Source of the DNA: an archaeon
GTDB lineage: Archaea > Nanobdellota > Nanobdellia > Woesearchaeales > GW2011-AR15
DNA length: 57,057 nt
Assembly: GCA_018671515.1 (NCBI GenBank)
Contig: JABHHN010000072.1
Span: 1 to 57,057 of the forward strand
Reading direction: 5' to 3'
The notes under the pieces were generated by a model that saw nothing but the letters and a program-made list of their open reading frames with translations, searched no databases and was not told the DNA's origin. The translations under genes were made by a program, and so were the position numbers. Positions 26,987 to 36,088 of this stretch are shown in pieces (the first letter of the stretch is position 1; each line of letters starts with the position of its first letter).

Positions 26987-28102
26987 ATGATAAACCTATC
27001 TGAGCAGAGAGTAATTGAAGATACATTCTTCAAAGCAAATATGTCATACTATAAACCAAGTCTTTATTTTCATTTTGCAAACTACTTCCATGAAGAGCAA
27101 GAATACACTGAAAATACTGATATCAAATTAAAGCATTTCCTTAAAGGAGATAAGAATATGGCATTCAATAAGGTCTTAAAAAAAGATCTTAAATTGATGC
27201 TTAAGGAGATAAAAACAACTCCAAAACAGTTTGATGAAAATTTATGGAAAGGTATGCTTCCAAAAATAAGAACTGAAATAAAAAAAACATTAGGACTTGC
27301 ATTTAAACCACGTTTATTATTTTTTGAAGATAGTTTTCCTCATGGTCTTATGAGTTTTGAAAAAAAAGGAGCTTCATCAGTTACAATTTTTGAAGGACAG
27401 GATGATGCAGGTGTATATTTCCTAAATAAAAGAGTATCATCTTTTTTTACACCTATACTTATGATTCATGAGCAGATACATTCATGTCTTTCACAAAACA
27501 AGACTAAAGATCAGATGTATATAGAATGGTTTGAAGAAGGACTTGCACAATGGTTTTCATTATTGATATATTATAATATCACAAAAAATATGGAAGTAAT
27601 AAAATTATACAAGGAAAGATGTTATATATTTAGCAAGGTAAAATCTGAGCATAATTTCACAAGAAGATATTTTGAATATATGAAAATAATGTCAAAATTA
27701 TATTTATCTGGTGGTCCAGAATTATTAGGTAAGATGCTTATGAAATATATGTCAAATGATAGGAAGAAAGTAAATTCATATCTTAATTATGATAAAGGAA
27801 TTAAGTATGTTCCTAAGAAAGATATAGAAAATTTTCTTGTGAATTTCACAGATGTATATGAACCTGAAAAATTACCACCAATTGAATATTTGATATTAAA
27901 GGAATCAGTAAAACCAAAAACAGTTGAAGAAATCTCAAAGAAAACAAAAGCACCAGTTGAACTTATTCAAAAGGCAGGTTTTGCACTTAGATTTAAAGGA
28001 ATGATTATAGTTACACAAGATAATAAGATTGAAATTAATTGGAGAAAAAAAGATCTTTTAGAAAAGGATCTCATAAAGCCATTTTGGCCACTAAAGAAAT
28101 AG
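26987..28102 (+). CDS. Hypothetical protein with HExxH zincin-like motif and possible C-terminal wHTH
   Basis: MIHEQIHS followed by WFEEGLAQW; C-terminal TVEEISKKT...LRFKGMI. Confidence 0.7.
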   Translation: MINLSEQRVIEDTFFKANMSYYKPSLYFHFANYFHEEQEYTENTDIKLKHFLKGDKNMAFNKVLKKDLKLMLKEIKTTPKQFDENLWKGMLPKIRTEIKKTLGLAFKPRLLFFEDSFPHGLMSFEKKGASSVTIFEGQDDAGVYFLNKRVSSFFTPILMIHEQIHSCLSQNKTKDQMYIEWFEEGLAQWFSLLIYYNITKNMEVIKLYKERCYIFSKVKSEHNFTRRYFEYMKIMSKLYLSGGPELLGKMLMKYMSNDRKKVNSYLNYDKGIKYVPKKDIENFLVNFTDVYEPEKLPPIEYLILKESVKPKTVEEISKKTKAPVELIQKAGFALRFKGMIIVTQDNKIEINWRKKDLLEKDLIKPFWPLKK

Positions 28103-28111
28103 GTGATATTC

Positions 28112-29416
28112 ATGGATAAAAAATTTAAATTACAATCAGCAAAAGGAGTAAGGGACTTTCCACCTCAAGAAAAAATACTTAGAGACAGAATTTTAAATAC
28201 AATAAAAGAAGTCTTTGAATTATATGGGTTTAATCCAATTGAACTTCCAATTCTTGAGCGATATGATACACTGGCTGCAAAGTTTACTGCTGGTGAAGAA
28301 TCAGATGCATTAAAAGAAATATTTGTTACACAAGATAATGGGAAAAGAAAATTAGGACTTAGATTTGATTTGACTGTTCCATTTTCAAGATACATAGGAC
28401 TTAACCCTGATGTAAAAATGCCTTTTAAAAAATATATCACAGGACAGGTATTTAGAGATGGTCCTATGAAAAAAGGAAGATATCGAGAATTTACTCAGTT
28501 TGATCCAGATATTGTAGGATGTGCAGATGTAATTGCTGATGCAGAAATTATGTCAATTACAGAAGAAGTTTTTAAGAGATTTGGTTTTGATGTAGAAATT
28601 GAATTTAACACAAGAAAATTACTAAATGGAATTTTGGAAGATCTAAAAGTTTCAGATGAACAAAAAATGAGTGCAATAATTTCTATTGATAAATTCAAAA
28701 AAATTGGTGAGAAAGGAGTAAGAAAAGAATTATTAGAAAAAGGAATTGATGAAGATAAGATATCTAAATTGTTTGTTTATCTTAAACCCGGAAAAACAAA
28801 TGAAGAGACTTATCAAAATATTAAAAAATTAATTAAATCTGATATTTGTTTGGAAGGATTAAAAGAAATAGAAGACCTTCTGGCATATATCAAAGAATAT
28901 GACTTGAAACATGTAACATTTTTGCCTAGTCTTGCACGTGGTCTTGCATATTATACAGGTCCAGTATATGAAGCATTCCTAAAAGATTCTACAATTACAT
29001 CATCTGCAGCAGGTGGCGGTAGATATGATGAAATGATTGGGAAATTCTTAGGTGGAAAAAGAGTTATACCTGCAACAGGAATTTCATTTGGTATTGAAGT
29101 AATTGTTGAAGCATTAAAAGAAAAAGAAAAACTTGATCAAAAAACAGTGACATCAGTTTATGTCATTCCAATAAAGACAAGAAAAGAGACAATTAAAATT
29201 GTTCAGAAATTAAGGAAGTCTGGAATAAAGACAGACATGGATTTAATGACTAGGGGAATTAGTAAGAATTTACAATATGCAAATACCTATGGAATTCCTT
29301 ATGTTATTTTTGTTGGTCAAAGAGAACTTGATGAAGGTAAGTTCAAGTTGAGAGACATGAAATCAGGTGAGGAAGAAATGCTTGAATTGGATGATATAAT
29401 TAAGAAGTTGAAATAG
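28112..29416 (+). CDS. hisS: Histidine-tRNA ligase
   Basis: KGVRDF, LRFDLTVP, GRYREFTQ, ARGLAYYTG, GGGRYD, C-terminal anticodon-binding domain. Confidence 0.97.
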   Translation: MDKKFKLQSAKGVRDFPPQEKILRDRILNTIKEVFELYGFNPIELPILERYDTLAAKFTAGEESDALKEIFVTQDNGKRKLGLRFDLTVPFSRYIGLNPDVKMPFKKYITGQVFRDGPMKKGRYREFTQFDPDIVGCADVIADAEIMSITEEVFKRFGFDVEIEFNTRKLLNGILEDLKVSDEQKMSAIISIDKFKKIGEKGVRKELLEKGIDEDKISKLFVYLKPGKTNEETYQNIKKLIKSDICLEGLKEIEDLLAYIKEYDLKHVTFLPSLARGLAYYTGPVYEAFLKDSTITSSAAGGGRYDEMIGKFLGGKRVIPATGISFGIEVIVEALKEKEKLDQKTVTSVYVIPIKTRKETIKIVQKLRKSGIKTDMDLMTRGISKNLQYANTYGIPYVIFVGQRELDEGKFKLRDMKSGEEEMLELDDIIKKLK

Positions 29417-29431
29417 TTTTTTATATTCTTA

Positions 29432-30799
29432 TTATTTTGTATAATCACAAAATGGAGCAGGTGTGTTTCCTTTTTCTATATTTTCAATTACAGCCATTTT
29501 AGTTGGGATTATAATCTCTTCTTTGATTTTAGAGCCTATATAATTAGCAACAAAATCTGGTGAAAAAGGAGATAACATTGACCATTGAAGTAGGGGCTTA
29601 TTGTTATATAAATAATCTTTCCATTTCAATTTTTTATTTTGGCTTCCAAATCTATTTTCAGCAAAATCTTGAACATATGATAATCCCCAGCCATGACTAG
29701 GCACATATCCATTTTGTATTGACTTAATTACATCATTAGCGGTTTTTTCTTTAATACCTATTATACTATAACCTGCAAAAACCCAATTTTTATCATGAGA
29801 ATCACTATTTCCAGTCATAGATTTTCCTAAACCTGAGAAAAAGTTTTTTTGACCATTTTCACCAATTATATAATCACGTGTAATAAGGTTTGTATTAATA
29901 TCATGTCCTGCATTGACACTTTCAATACCATTGATTCTTTTAGCAATTTCTGGAATAAAATGGCTGACATTTGTAAGACGTTGATTCATTTTTCTACTTG
30001 TTAAAATATATGCCAATCTTCCCATTGGTGATGCATCAACAGAAATTGGATGAGCCATTACAAGTGCAATATTTTCAAAAGAAATGTCTTTATCTTCAAA
30101 TATTTTAAAAAGATCATAAATTGAAGGGTTTTTAATCTTTTTTAAATTAATCATTGCTTTTTTCATCTTTTCAAGATAACTTATTGGAAAATAACATAAA
30201 AATTCAGATTTATACACATCAAGTATTTTTTGAGTTCCATCAAGTAATTCTTCTAAATCTGGTGTTATGAGAATACGATAATTTTTTAGTATATTTGGAG
30301 CTTGTTTGTAAAATCTATCAATATCATACTTAAGTTCAATTAATTTTGGATCTATATTTTTAATTTCATTAATACTCGATTCTTGAATTTTTAATATTGC
30401 TCTAGTAATGTCATCTGTTTGCATCCGTTCTTCTAAATCTTGAGGATTAATTTTTAATTTTTTACATCTATCAAGAAGTATTTGTTCATAAAAATCAGCA
30501 ATTCTAAAATCTCTCTCTTCTTGAGATAATGCTGGATCAAAAAGAGATATTAATTGATCATATACTGCAATTTCAACACCTGGTACACCAATTATTTTAT
30601 CACCACATGTATCAATAAATTCTTGAACACCCTCAACGGAATCATGATCTGTTAGGGCAGCAGCAGCATATCCTTCAAATTCAGTACCTTCAATTTTAGT
30701 AATTATTGCTTCTGCCATTTCTTTAGGACTATGTCTACCATCAGAACGAGTAGAATGCATATGCATATCAGCAATTACCGTTTCAAGATTGATTTTCAT
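29432..30799 (-). CDS. PHP-domain metallophosphoesterase with large insertion
   Basis: DMHMHSTRSDG, LTDHD, PGVEI, MAHP, NSDSH. Confidence 0.85.
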   Translation of the reverse strand: MKINLETVIADMHMHSTRSDGRHSPKEMAEAIITKIEGTEFEGYAAAALTDHDSVEGVQEFIDTCGDKIIGVPGVEIAVYDQLISLFDPALSQEERDFRIADFYEQILLDRCKKLKINPQDLEERMQTDDITRAILKIQESSINEIKNIDPKLIELKYDIDRFYKQAPNILKNYRILITPDLEELLDGTQKILDVYKSEFLCYFPISYLEKMKKAMINLKKIKNPSIYDLFKIFEDKDISFENIALVMAHPISVDASPMGRLAYILTSRKMNQRLTNVSHFIPEIAKRINGIESVNAGHDINTNLITRDYIIGENGQKNFFSGLGKSMTGNSDSHDKNWVFAGYSIIGIKEKTANDVIKSIQNGYVPSHGWGLSYVQDFAENRFGSQNKKLKWKDYLYNNKPLLQWSMLSPFSPDFVANYIGSKIKEEIIIPTKMAVIENIEKGNTPAPFCDYTK

Positions 30800-30929
30800 A
30801 TTTAGAGAATATAGACAATTAACTTATATTTAAATTATGATTATTATTAATAATTAAGATTTATTTTGGATATGTTTTATAAAAATATAAAAAAAGTTTA
30901 TTTTTTTAATCAAATATGTATTTTTATAA

Positions 30930-31259
30930 TCATTTAAGATTCTTGACATACCCTAACATTTCATAGAAATGATTAACTATTAAATCAGGGTTTCTAAATG
31001 TTTTTGCAATTTCTGCAAGACCTACCAAAACATAAAATAGACTTTCTTTAGTAGGATTTTCAAAATCATATTCATTTTTTTCAAATTGTGCTTTTATAAT
31101 TTGAGTAATTGAAGCTTGAGTAAATTTTGCTTTTTCTTCATCAGATATTTGAAGATTTTCTTCAAGCAATGCTTTGTGGGCTTCATAAAAACATTTTATT
31201 ATTGAATCTCTTACTTTAATTGGTGTTAAATCTTCCATTGAAATATTACAGTTTTCCAT
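30930..31259 (-). CDS. Hypothetical helical protein
   Basis: 109-aa ORF with typical codon usage. Confidence 0.7.
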   Translation of the reverse strand: MENCNISMEDLTPIKVRDSIIKCFYEAHKALLEENLQISDEEKAKFTQASITQIIKAQFEKNEYDFENPTKESLFYVLVGLAEIAKTFRNPDLIVNHFYEMLGYVKNLK

Positions 31260-31343
31260 TTTATCATGATTTTGATTTTTTGATTATATAAATATTTCTA
31301 TCTCTGTTTTGTAAAATTGAATTAAGAGATGTATGTTTATTTT

Positions 31344-31400
31344 AGTAAGCGCGTTTTTGCGCTTACTTGTATAGAAAAGAATTTACAAAGTAAATTCTTT
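31344..31400. repeat. Tandem hairpin element; second hairpin repeated at 56883-56914
   Basis: AGTAAGCGCG/TGCGCTTACT then TAGA-AAAGAATTTAC-AAA-GTAAATTCTTT. Confidence 0.75.
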
Positions 31401-31480
31401 AGATAATCACCAAACACTTTATCTAAATATTTTCATTTTCCATTAATTATTTATACTTAAATTAAATATTTAAAGTCTTC

Positions 31481-32578
31481 ATGCAGAAAAAAAGAAATTT
31501 AATGGGACTGATATTATTTTTAATGACTTTAGGTAGTGGTCTCTATAGTCTTTTTGTACCAATATATTATATGAATAATGGTGTATCATTTACTGCAATA
31601 AAATTTTTCATGATTGCATATATGTTTGGTGGTATAATTGGTGGTTTTTTTGCTAATCATATTATTCATAAGATTGGAATTAAGGCATTCATATTAATCA
31701 GAGGAATTATTGAACCATTAGTTGTTATTTTGATTAGATTATATCCAGTATTTAGATATCCTATTTATATTCAAGGATTGATCTCAGGGTTTATTGGGTT
31801 TTCTTATTGGATATCACTTGACACAATTACAATGCTTATTACTGATAAAGAAAAAAGAGGAAGTCAACAGGGGGCATTGTATGGCTTAATGTGGTGTGCA
31901 ACTATATTTTCTCCATTTTTAGGTGGAGCACTTATAAAATATACAAGTTATCCCGTTTTATTTGTAGTAGCATTTGCATTAGTTTTAGGTGGAGGGATAT
32001 TATCATTTAAATTAGATGTAAAAACAAAAATAAAAAAGAAATATAATTTAATTCCAACATTAAAAGGAAAAATTGGAACACATATAATATTGATGATATT
32101 TAGAGGATTTAATTTTCCATTGACAGGTTTTATTTTTTCATTGATGATTTATTGGGTAGAAAATGATGAATTCATTGTAGGTATTTTTGGTTTTGCAATG
32201 GGTATTGCTGCATTAGTTTCAAGTTTCTTGGCAGGTAAATTAGTGGATAAATACAATCCCGTTAATGTTTACATATGGATAACAGTACTTACTGGATTAT
32301 CATGGTTGATTTTTTTATTTGATGTAAGTATTTATATTCCAATATTATTGGTATACTTTTTTTATTATTCAGGAATCATTCCATCAAATACAATTTTTTT
32401 TAATGATGCTAAGAATTGGGATATTGTAACACTGACTACTGAGAGGATGATGTCATTTTGTTTTGCAGGTTTGATACTTGTAATACTTTATTTGTTTTTG
32501 CCATTAAATATAATATATATTCTATTGGCATCATCAATGTTCATTTCAACATATTTTATAAAAAAATTAGAAACGTAG
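31481..32578 (+). CDS. MFS transporter
   Basis: About 12 hydrophobic segments; DKEKRGSQQG, SPFLGGAL, AGKLVDKY. Confidence 0.85.
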   Translation: MQKKRNLMGLILFLMTLGSGLYSLFVPIYYMNNGVSFTAIKFFMIAYMFGGIIGGFFANHIIHKIGIKAFILIRGIIEPLVVILIRLYPVFRYPIYIQGLISGFIGFSYWISLDTITMLITDKEKRGSQQGALYGLMWCATIFSPFLGGALIKYTSYPVLFVVAFALVLGGGILSFKLDVKTKIKKKYNLIPTLKGKIGTHIILMIFRGFNFPLTGFIFSLMIYWVENDEFIVGIFGFAMGIAALVSSFLAGKLVDKYNPVNVYIWITVLTGLSWLIFLFDVSIYIPILLVYFFYYSGIIPSNTIFFNDAKNWDIVTLTTERMMSFCFAGLILVILYLFLPLNIIYILLASSMFISTYFIKKLET

Positions 32579-32620
32579 ATTAATCAATAATTAGATTAAG
32601 AAATATAAAATAAAAAATAT

Positions 32621-33694
32621 TTATTTTTTCAAATGAATTGTCTGTGTAGGGAATGCAAATTCTATTTTTTCTTTTTTGAATGCTTTTACTAAAGATATAT
32701 TTATCAATTCTTGGGTATCCATGTATACTACATAATCGCTTGAGTCAAGATAATAAACCACTTCGAAATCTAGACTAAAATTACCAAAGCTTTTGAAATG
32801 AACCCTATTAAAATCAGCAATTTTTATTTTATCTATAATATTTTTAGTTATACTTTTAATTTTCTCCAATTTAGAAGCAGGTGTTCCATATTCAATTCCA
32901 AATTTGAAGGCTATTCTTCTTTTACTCATCTTCTTATAATTATGTATCCTTGTGCTAGTAAGTTCAGTATTTGATACTACTAATTCTTGCCCTTGAAGAT
33001 GTTCTATTCTTGTTGTTTTGAGACCTATTTTTTTTACGACTCCCAAATCATCTCCAATTATTATGAAATCCCCTTCGGTGAATGGTTTATCAAAATATAT
33101 AGAAAATGAGCTAAATACATCTTCAAGAATCCTTTGTAGAGCAAAGGCTATTGCGATACCACCTACACCAAGACCTGCAATAAGGGATGCCACATTGATT
33201 CCAAAATTTGAAAATATTAGTAATAAACCCATTATCCAGATTATTCCTTTCATGATGTTTCTGAGAACAATAATAAGTGATGCATTTTCGCCTTTTTCTT
33301 TTTCATGTCTTTTTTTGATTTCTTTGTGTGTCATATAATCTATAATTTTATTTAGACCTTTTATGGCATAGAGTGTCAAGATGATTATGAACATATAATG
33401 TATTATTGTCTGTATGATTTCAATTAGATTGAGAAATTTTGCAGCTACATAAAAAGGAGTAAAAAAATAGATGGTCCAAGGAGTTTCTTCTAGAAATTCA
33501 ATAAGTACATCATCAAAATCATTTTTTGTTTTTTTTGCAAGTCTTTTTAGCTTATGTATAACATATGATTGAAAAATTTTAATACCTATAAGAACACCTA
33601 AAAATACTAATAAAGATGTCATGTAATCATTTCCTGTGTTGTTGGCAAATGTAAAATTTAATGCTTCATGAAATTGTGTAAAATCTAATGCCAT
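32621..33694 (-). CDS. Small-conductance mechanosensitive channel (MscS family)
   Basis: LIAGLGVGGIAIAFALQ, KPFTEGDFI, IGLKTTRI, FAFPTQ. Confidence 0.95.
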   Translation of the reverse strand: MALDFTQFHEALNFTFANNTGNDYMTSLLVFLGVLIGIKIFQSYVIHKLKRLAKKTKNDFDDVLIEFLEETPWTIYFFTPFYVAAKFLNLIEIIQTIIHYMFIIILTLYAIKGLNKIIDYMTHKEIKKRHEKEKGENASLIIVLRNIMKGIIWIMGLLLIFSNFGINVASLIAGLGVGGIAIAFALQRILEDVFSSFSIYFDKPFTEGDFIIIGDDLGVVKKIGLKTTRIEHLQGQELVVSNTELTSTRIHNYKKMSKRRIAFKFGIEYGTPASKLEKIKSITKNIIDKIKIADFNRVHFKSFGNFSLDFEVVYYLDSSDYVVYMDTQELINISLVKAFKKEKIEFAFPTQTIHLKK

Positions 33695-33806
33695 AATGGT
33701 TCACCTCAAATTTTTATGTATTTACCAAAAAAAGAAAATAGATACTCTTTTTAGCAGTAATTAATAAAATATACTAAAAAAAAATGATTTAAAAACTTAT
33801 CTTTTG

Positions 33807-34706
33807 TTAAATTTTTGTTGTAATTATTGGTTTATCTTCAACAATCATCGTATGTTCTGCTTGACTTATCAGTCCGCTATCTCGATCAGGAAGTGGAGGA
33901 TATGATCTTATTATTCCATTTTGCATTAAATCTCTTAGAGCAAAATTTACTTTTACAGCAGGGAATTTTTTAATAAGCCATCTTGTTGTAAAAGGCATAT
34001 TTTCAAATTTTTCTACTTCTTTTAAAACTTGTCTTGATATAACATTTCTTACATTTCTCTTAGCAACTTGAGAGAATATATTTCCTCTGTCACTCTCAAA
34101 AATTATACCAGCACCTGAGGATGCGAAAGGTTCAATTGCAATTACCATACCTTCTTCTAATTCTGTATCATCTCCAGTATCAAAATTTGGAATATTTGGT
34201 TGTGCATGATATACAAATTGTTCAAGTGCATGACCAGAAAGATTTCTTACAGGTGCAAAACCTTTACTCTGTATTTTGTCATGTATAGCTCGTCCAAGTT
34301 CTCCTAGCGTTACACCAGGTCTCACTTTTTCTATTGCTGCGTTTAGTGCTTCACGGGACGCATCAACTAAATCTTTATGTTCACCACCTACATCAACAGT
34401 CATTGCATTATCACCAATGTAACCATCAATCATTGCACCGACATCTATTTTTGCTACATCTCCTTTTTTGAAAACAATATCATCATCTGGATCAGCACAA
34501 TAATGTGCAGCAATTCTATTTAATGAAATCTGTGGTGGAAATGCAAATTCACCACCCATATCAAGAATTTTTTTCTCTGCTTTCTCAGTTGCTTCAAGTA
34601 AAGTTTTTCCTTCTTTTATGAATGAGGCACCATATTGTAATGAAGTTGCAGCAATTTTTCCTGCTTCAATATATTTTTCTTTAATATCATCTGGTAGTTT
34701 TGTCAT
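33807..34706 (-). CDS. map: Methionine aminopeptidase type II
   Basis: AAHY, KIDVG, DGYIGD, NLSGH, AIEPF, QAEHT. Confidence 0.96.
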   Translation of the reverse strand: MTKLPDDIKEKYIEAGKIAATSLQYGASFIKEGKTLLEATEKAEKKILDMGGEFAFPPQISLNRIAAHYCADPDDDIVFKKGDVAKIDVGAMIDGYIGDNAMTVDVGGEHKDLVDASREALNAAIEKVRPGVTLGELGRAIHDKIQSKGFAPVRNLSGHALEQFVYHAQPNIPNFDTGDDTELEEGMVIAIEPFASSGAGIIFESDRGNIFSQVAKRNVRNVISRQVLKEVEKFENMPFTTRWLIKKFPAVKVNFALRDLMQNGIIRSYPPLPDRDSGLISQAEHTMIVEDKPIITTKI

Positions 34707-34799
34707 GGGAGAAAGAAAAGTTTAGAAGTTTTAAATATCTTTGCAAAGGTTTTAATTAGAGATATAAGCTAAATTTGTTGAATTAATATTTTAGTATTT

Positions 34800-34853
34800 C
34801 ATAGCAAGCCTTTGGCTTGCAACTGTGCAAGACGCCAGAGTCGGGTTGCTATG
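34800..34853 (+). repeat. REP-like palindrome, family TAGCAAG (copy 2)
   Basis: ATAGCAAGCCTTTGGCTTGCAACTGTG; outer inverted ends CATAGCAA/TTGCTATG. Confidence 0.85.
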
Positions 34854-34914
34854 TTAATGAATAATGATTTAAAAAAACATTATTAAATTAAAATTTACAA
34901 AGTTTAGAAAATCA

Positions 34915-35490
34915 CTAATAAATAATTCCTACAACAACTCTTAATATTTGATCGAATCTTACTTTTCCAGGGTCTTTTTGTGAATTATTATCTCCTTTCA
35001 TTACTGCATACCAACCGTCTTTATCTTCACCTATTTCAACAACTCTGTGGATTATTGTTCCTGTTGTGTATTTCGATGTATATGAAATTATGTCTCCAAC
35101 ATCTATTTGTGAAGGTGATTTAGGAACGACTTGAATTGCATTTGCACCTTGATCAATTACTGGGTCCATACTATTTGTGTCTGTGAATGTCGACCATTGT
35201 GGGTCATCAATATCAATAATTACTTTATCTTTATAGACATGGATTTTATCTTCTGGTATCCAGTCCTGGGGTGATGCTTTTTCTTCATTTCCAAAATCAA
35301 AAAGTGATCCTAAATTTGGACCATCACCTAAAGTTCTTGTTATTAAATTTGAATTTTTAGAATTTTGCCTTGTTGTAACTACTGTATATCCAGTTGGGAT
35401 ATCCTCTTGGAAATTCGAAGCTACTAAAAATGTAGTTAGTATTCCTGCCAAAAATGACATAAGTACTATCAAAGCATATTTTTTAATCAT
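34915..35490 (-). CDS. Signal peptidase I, Sec11-like (S26)
   Basis: N-terminal TM; TNSMDP, IIHRV, KGDNN. Confidence 0.85.
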   Translation of the reverse strand: MIKKYALIVLMSFLAGILTTFLVASNFQEDIPTGYTVVTTRQNSKNSNLITRTLGDGPNLGSLFDFGNEEKASPQDWIPEDKIHVYKDKVIIDIDDPQWSTFTDTNSMDPVIDQGANAIQVVPKSPSQIDVGDIISYTSKYTTGTIIHRVVEIGEDKDGWYAVMKGDNNSQKDPGKVRFDQILRVVVGIIY

Positions 35491-35594
35491 TTTATTACTT
35501 AGTAGTAGTATTTCTTTTATAAATCTTTCGCTTTTATTAGTACTAAATAGTAGTAAATATAATTATTTAAAGGAATATATAATTTTATTAGATT

Positions 35595-36086
35595 ATGAAA
35601 AAAATAATAATGTTTTTTATATTGTCAATATTTTTACTTTCAGGCTGTCAAAAAGATGAAGAGACTAATGATAATTTAGTATATTTTAATGAATTTCAAC
35701 GTTTTGAATATCCAAATACTTGGACAGGCGGAAAAATAGGAAATGATTTTGCATTGCAATTTAATTCAGAGAAAAAATCATTTATGTTGTTTCAATTAGG
35801 AAATATTAATGAATCTGATACAATTCAAACTATATTTGATGATGTGGTTAAGAATTTGGAAGGACAATTCAATATTTTGGATGATAAAAATTCATATTTA
35901 GATAGCAATGTTGCAAAAGATACATTGATTGAATATTCTATTGAAAGTATATCATATTTACAGAGAAATATTATTTCAATAAAAGATCAAAAAGCACATA
36001 TATTAATATTTAGACTTAAAAAAGAAAATTTTAATGAAATAAATCCAAGAATAAATAAAGTTTTAGAAAGTTATAAGATATATTGA
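35595..36086 (+). CDS. Lipoprotein, PsbP/DcrB-like
   Basis: LLSGC lipobox; FEYPNTW; C-terminal KVLESYKI. Confidence 0.65.
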   Translation: MKKIIMFFILSIFLLSGCQKDEETNDNLVYFNEFQRFEYPNTWTGGKIGNDFALQFNSEKKSFMLFQLGNINESDTIQTIFDDVVKNLEGQFNILDDKNSYLDSNVAKDTLIEYSIESISYLQRNIISIKDQKAHILIFRLKKENFNEINPRINKVLESYKIY

Positions 36087-36088
36087 TT

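Noticed and set aside
28112-29416. hisZ
   Set aside because: Has intact ARGLAYYTG and GGGRYD motifs and the anticodon-binding domain, so it is a full HisRS
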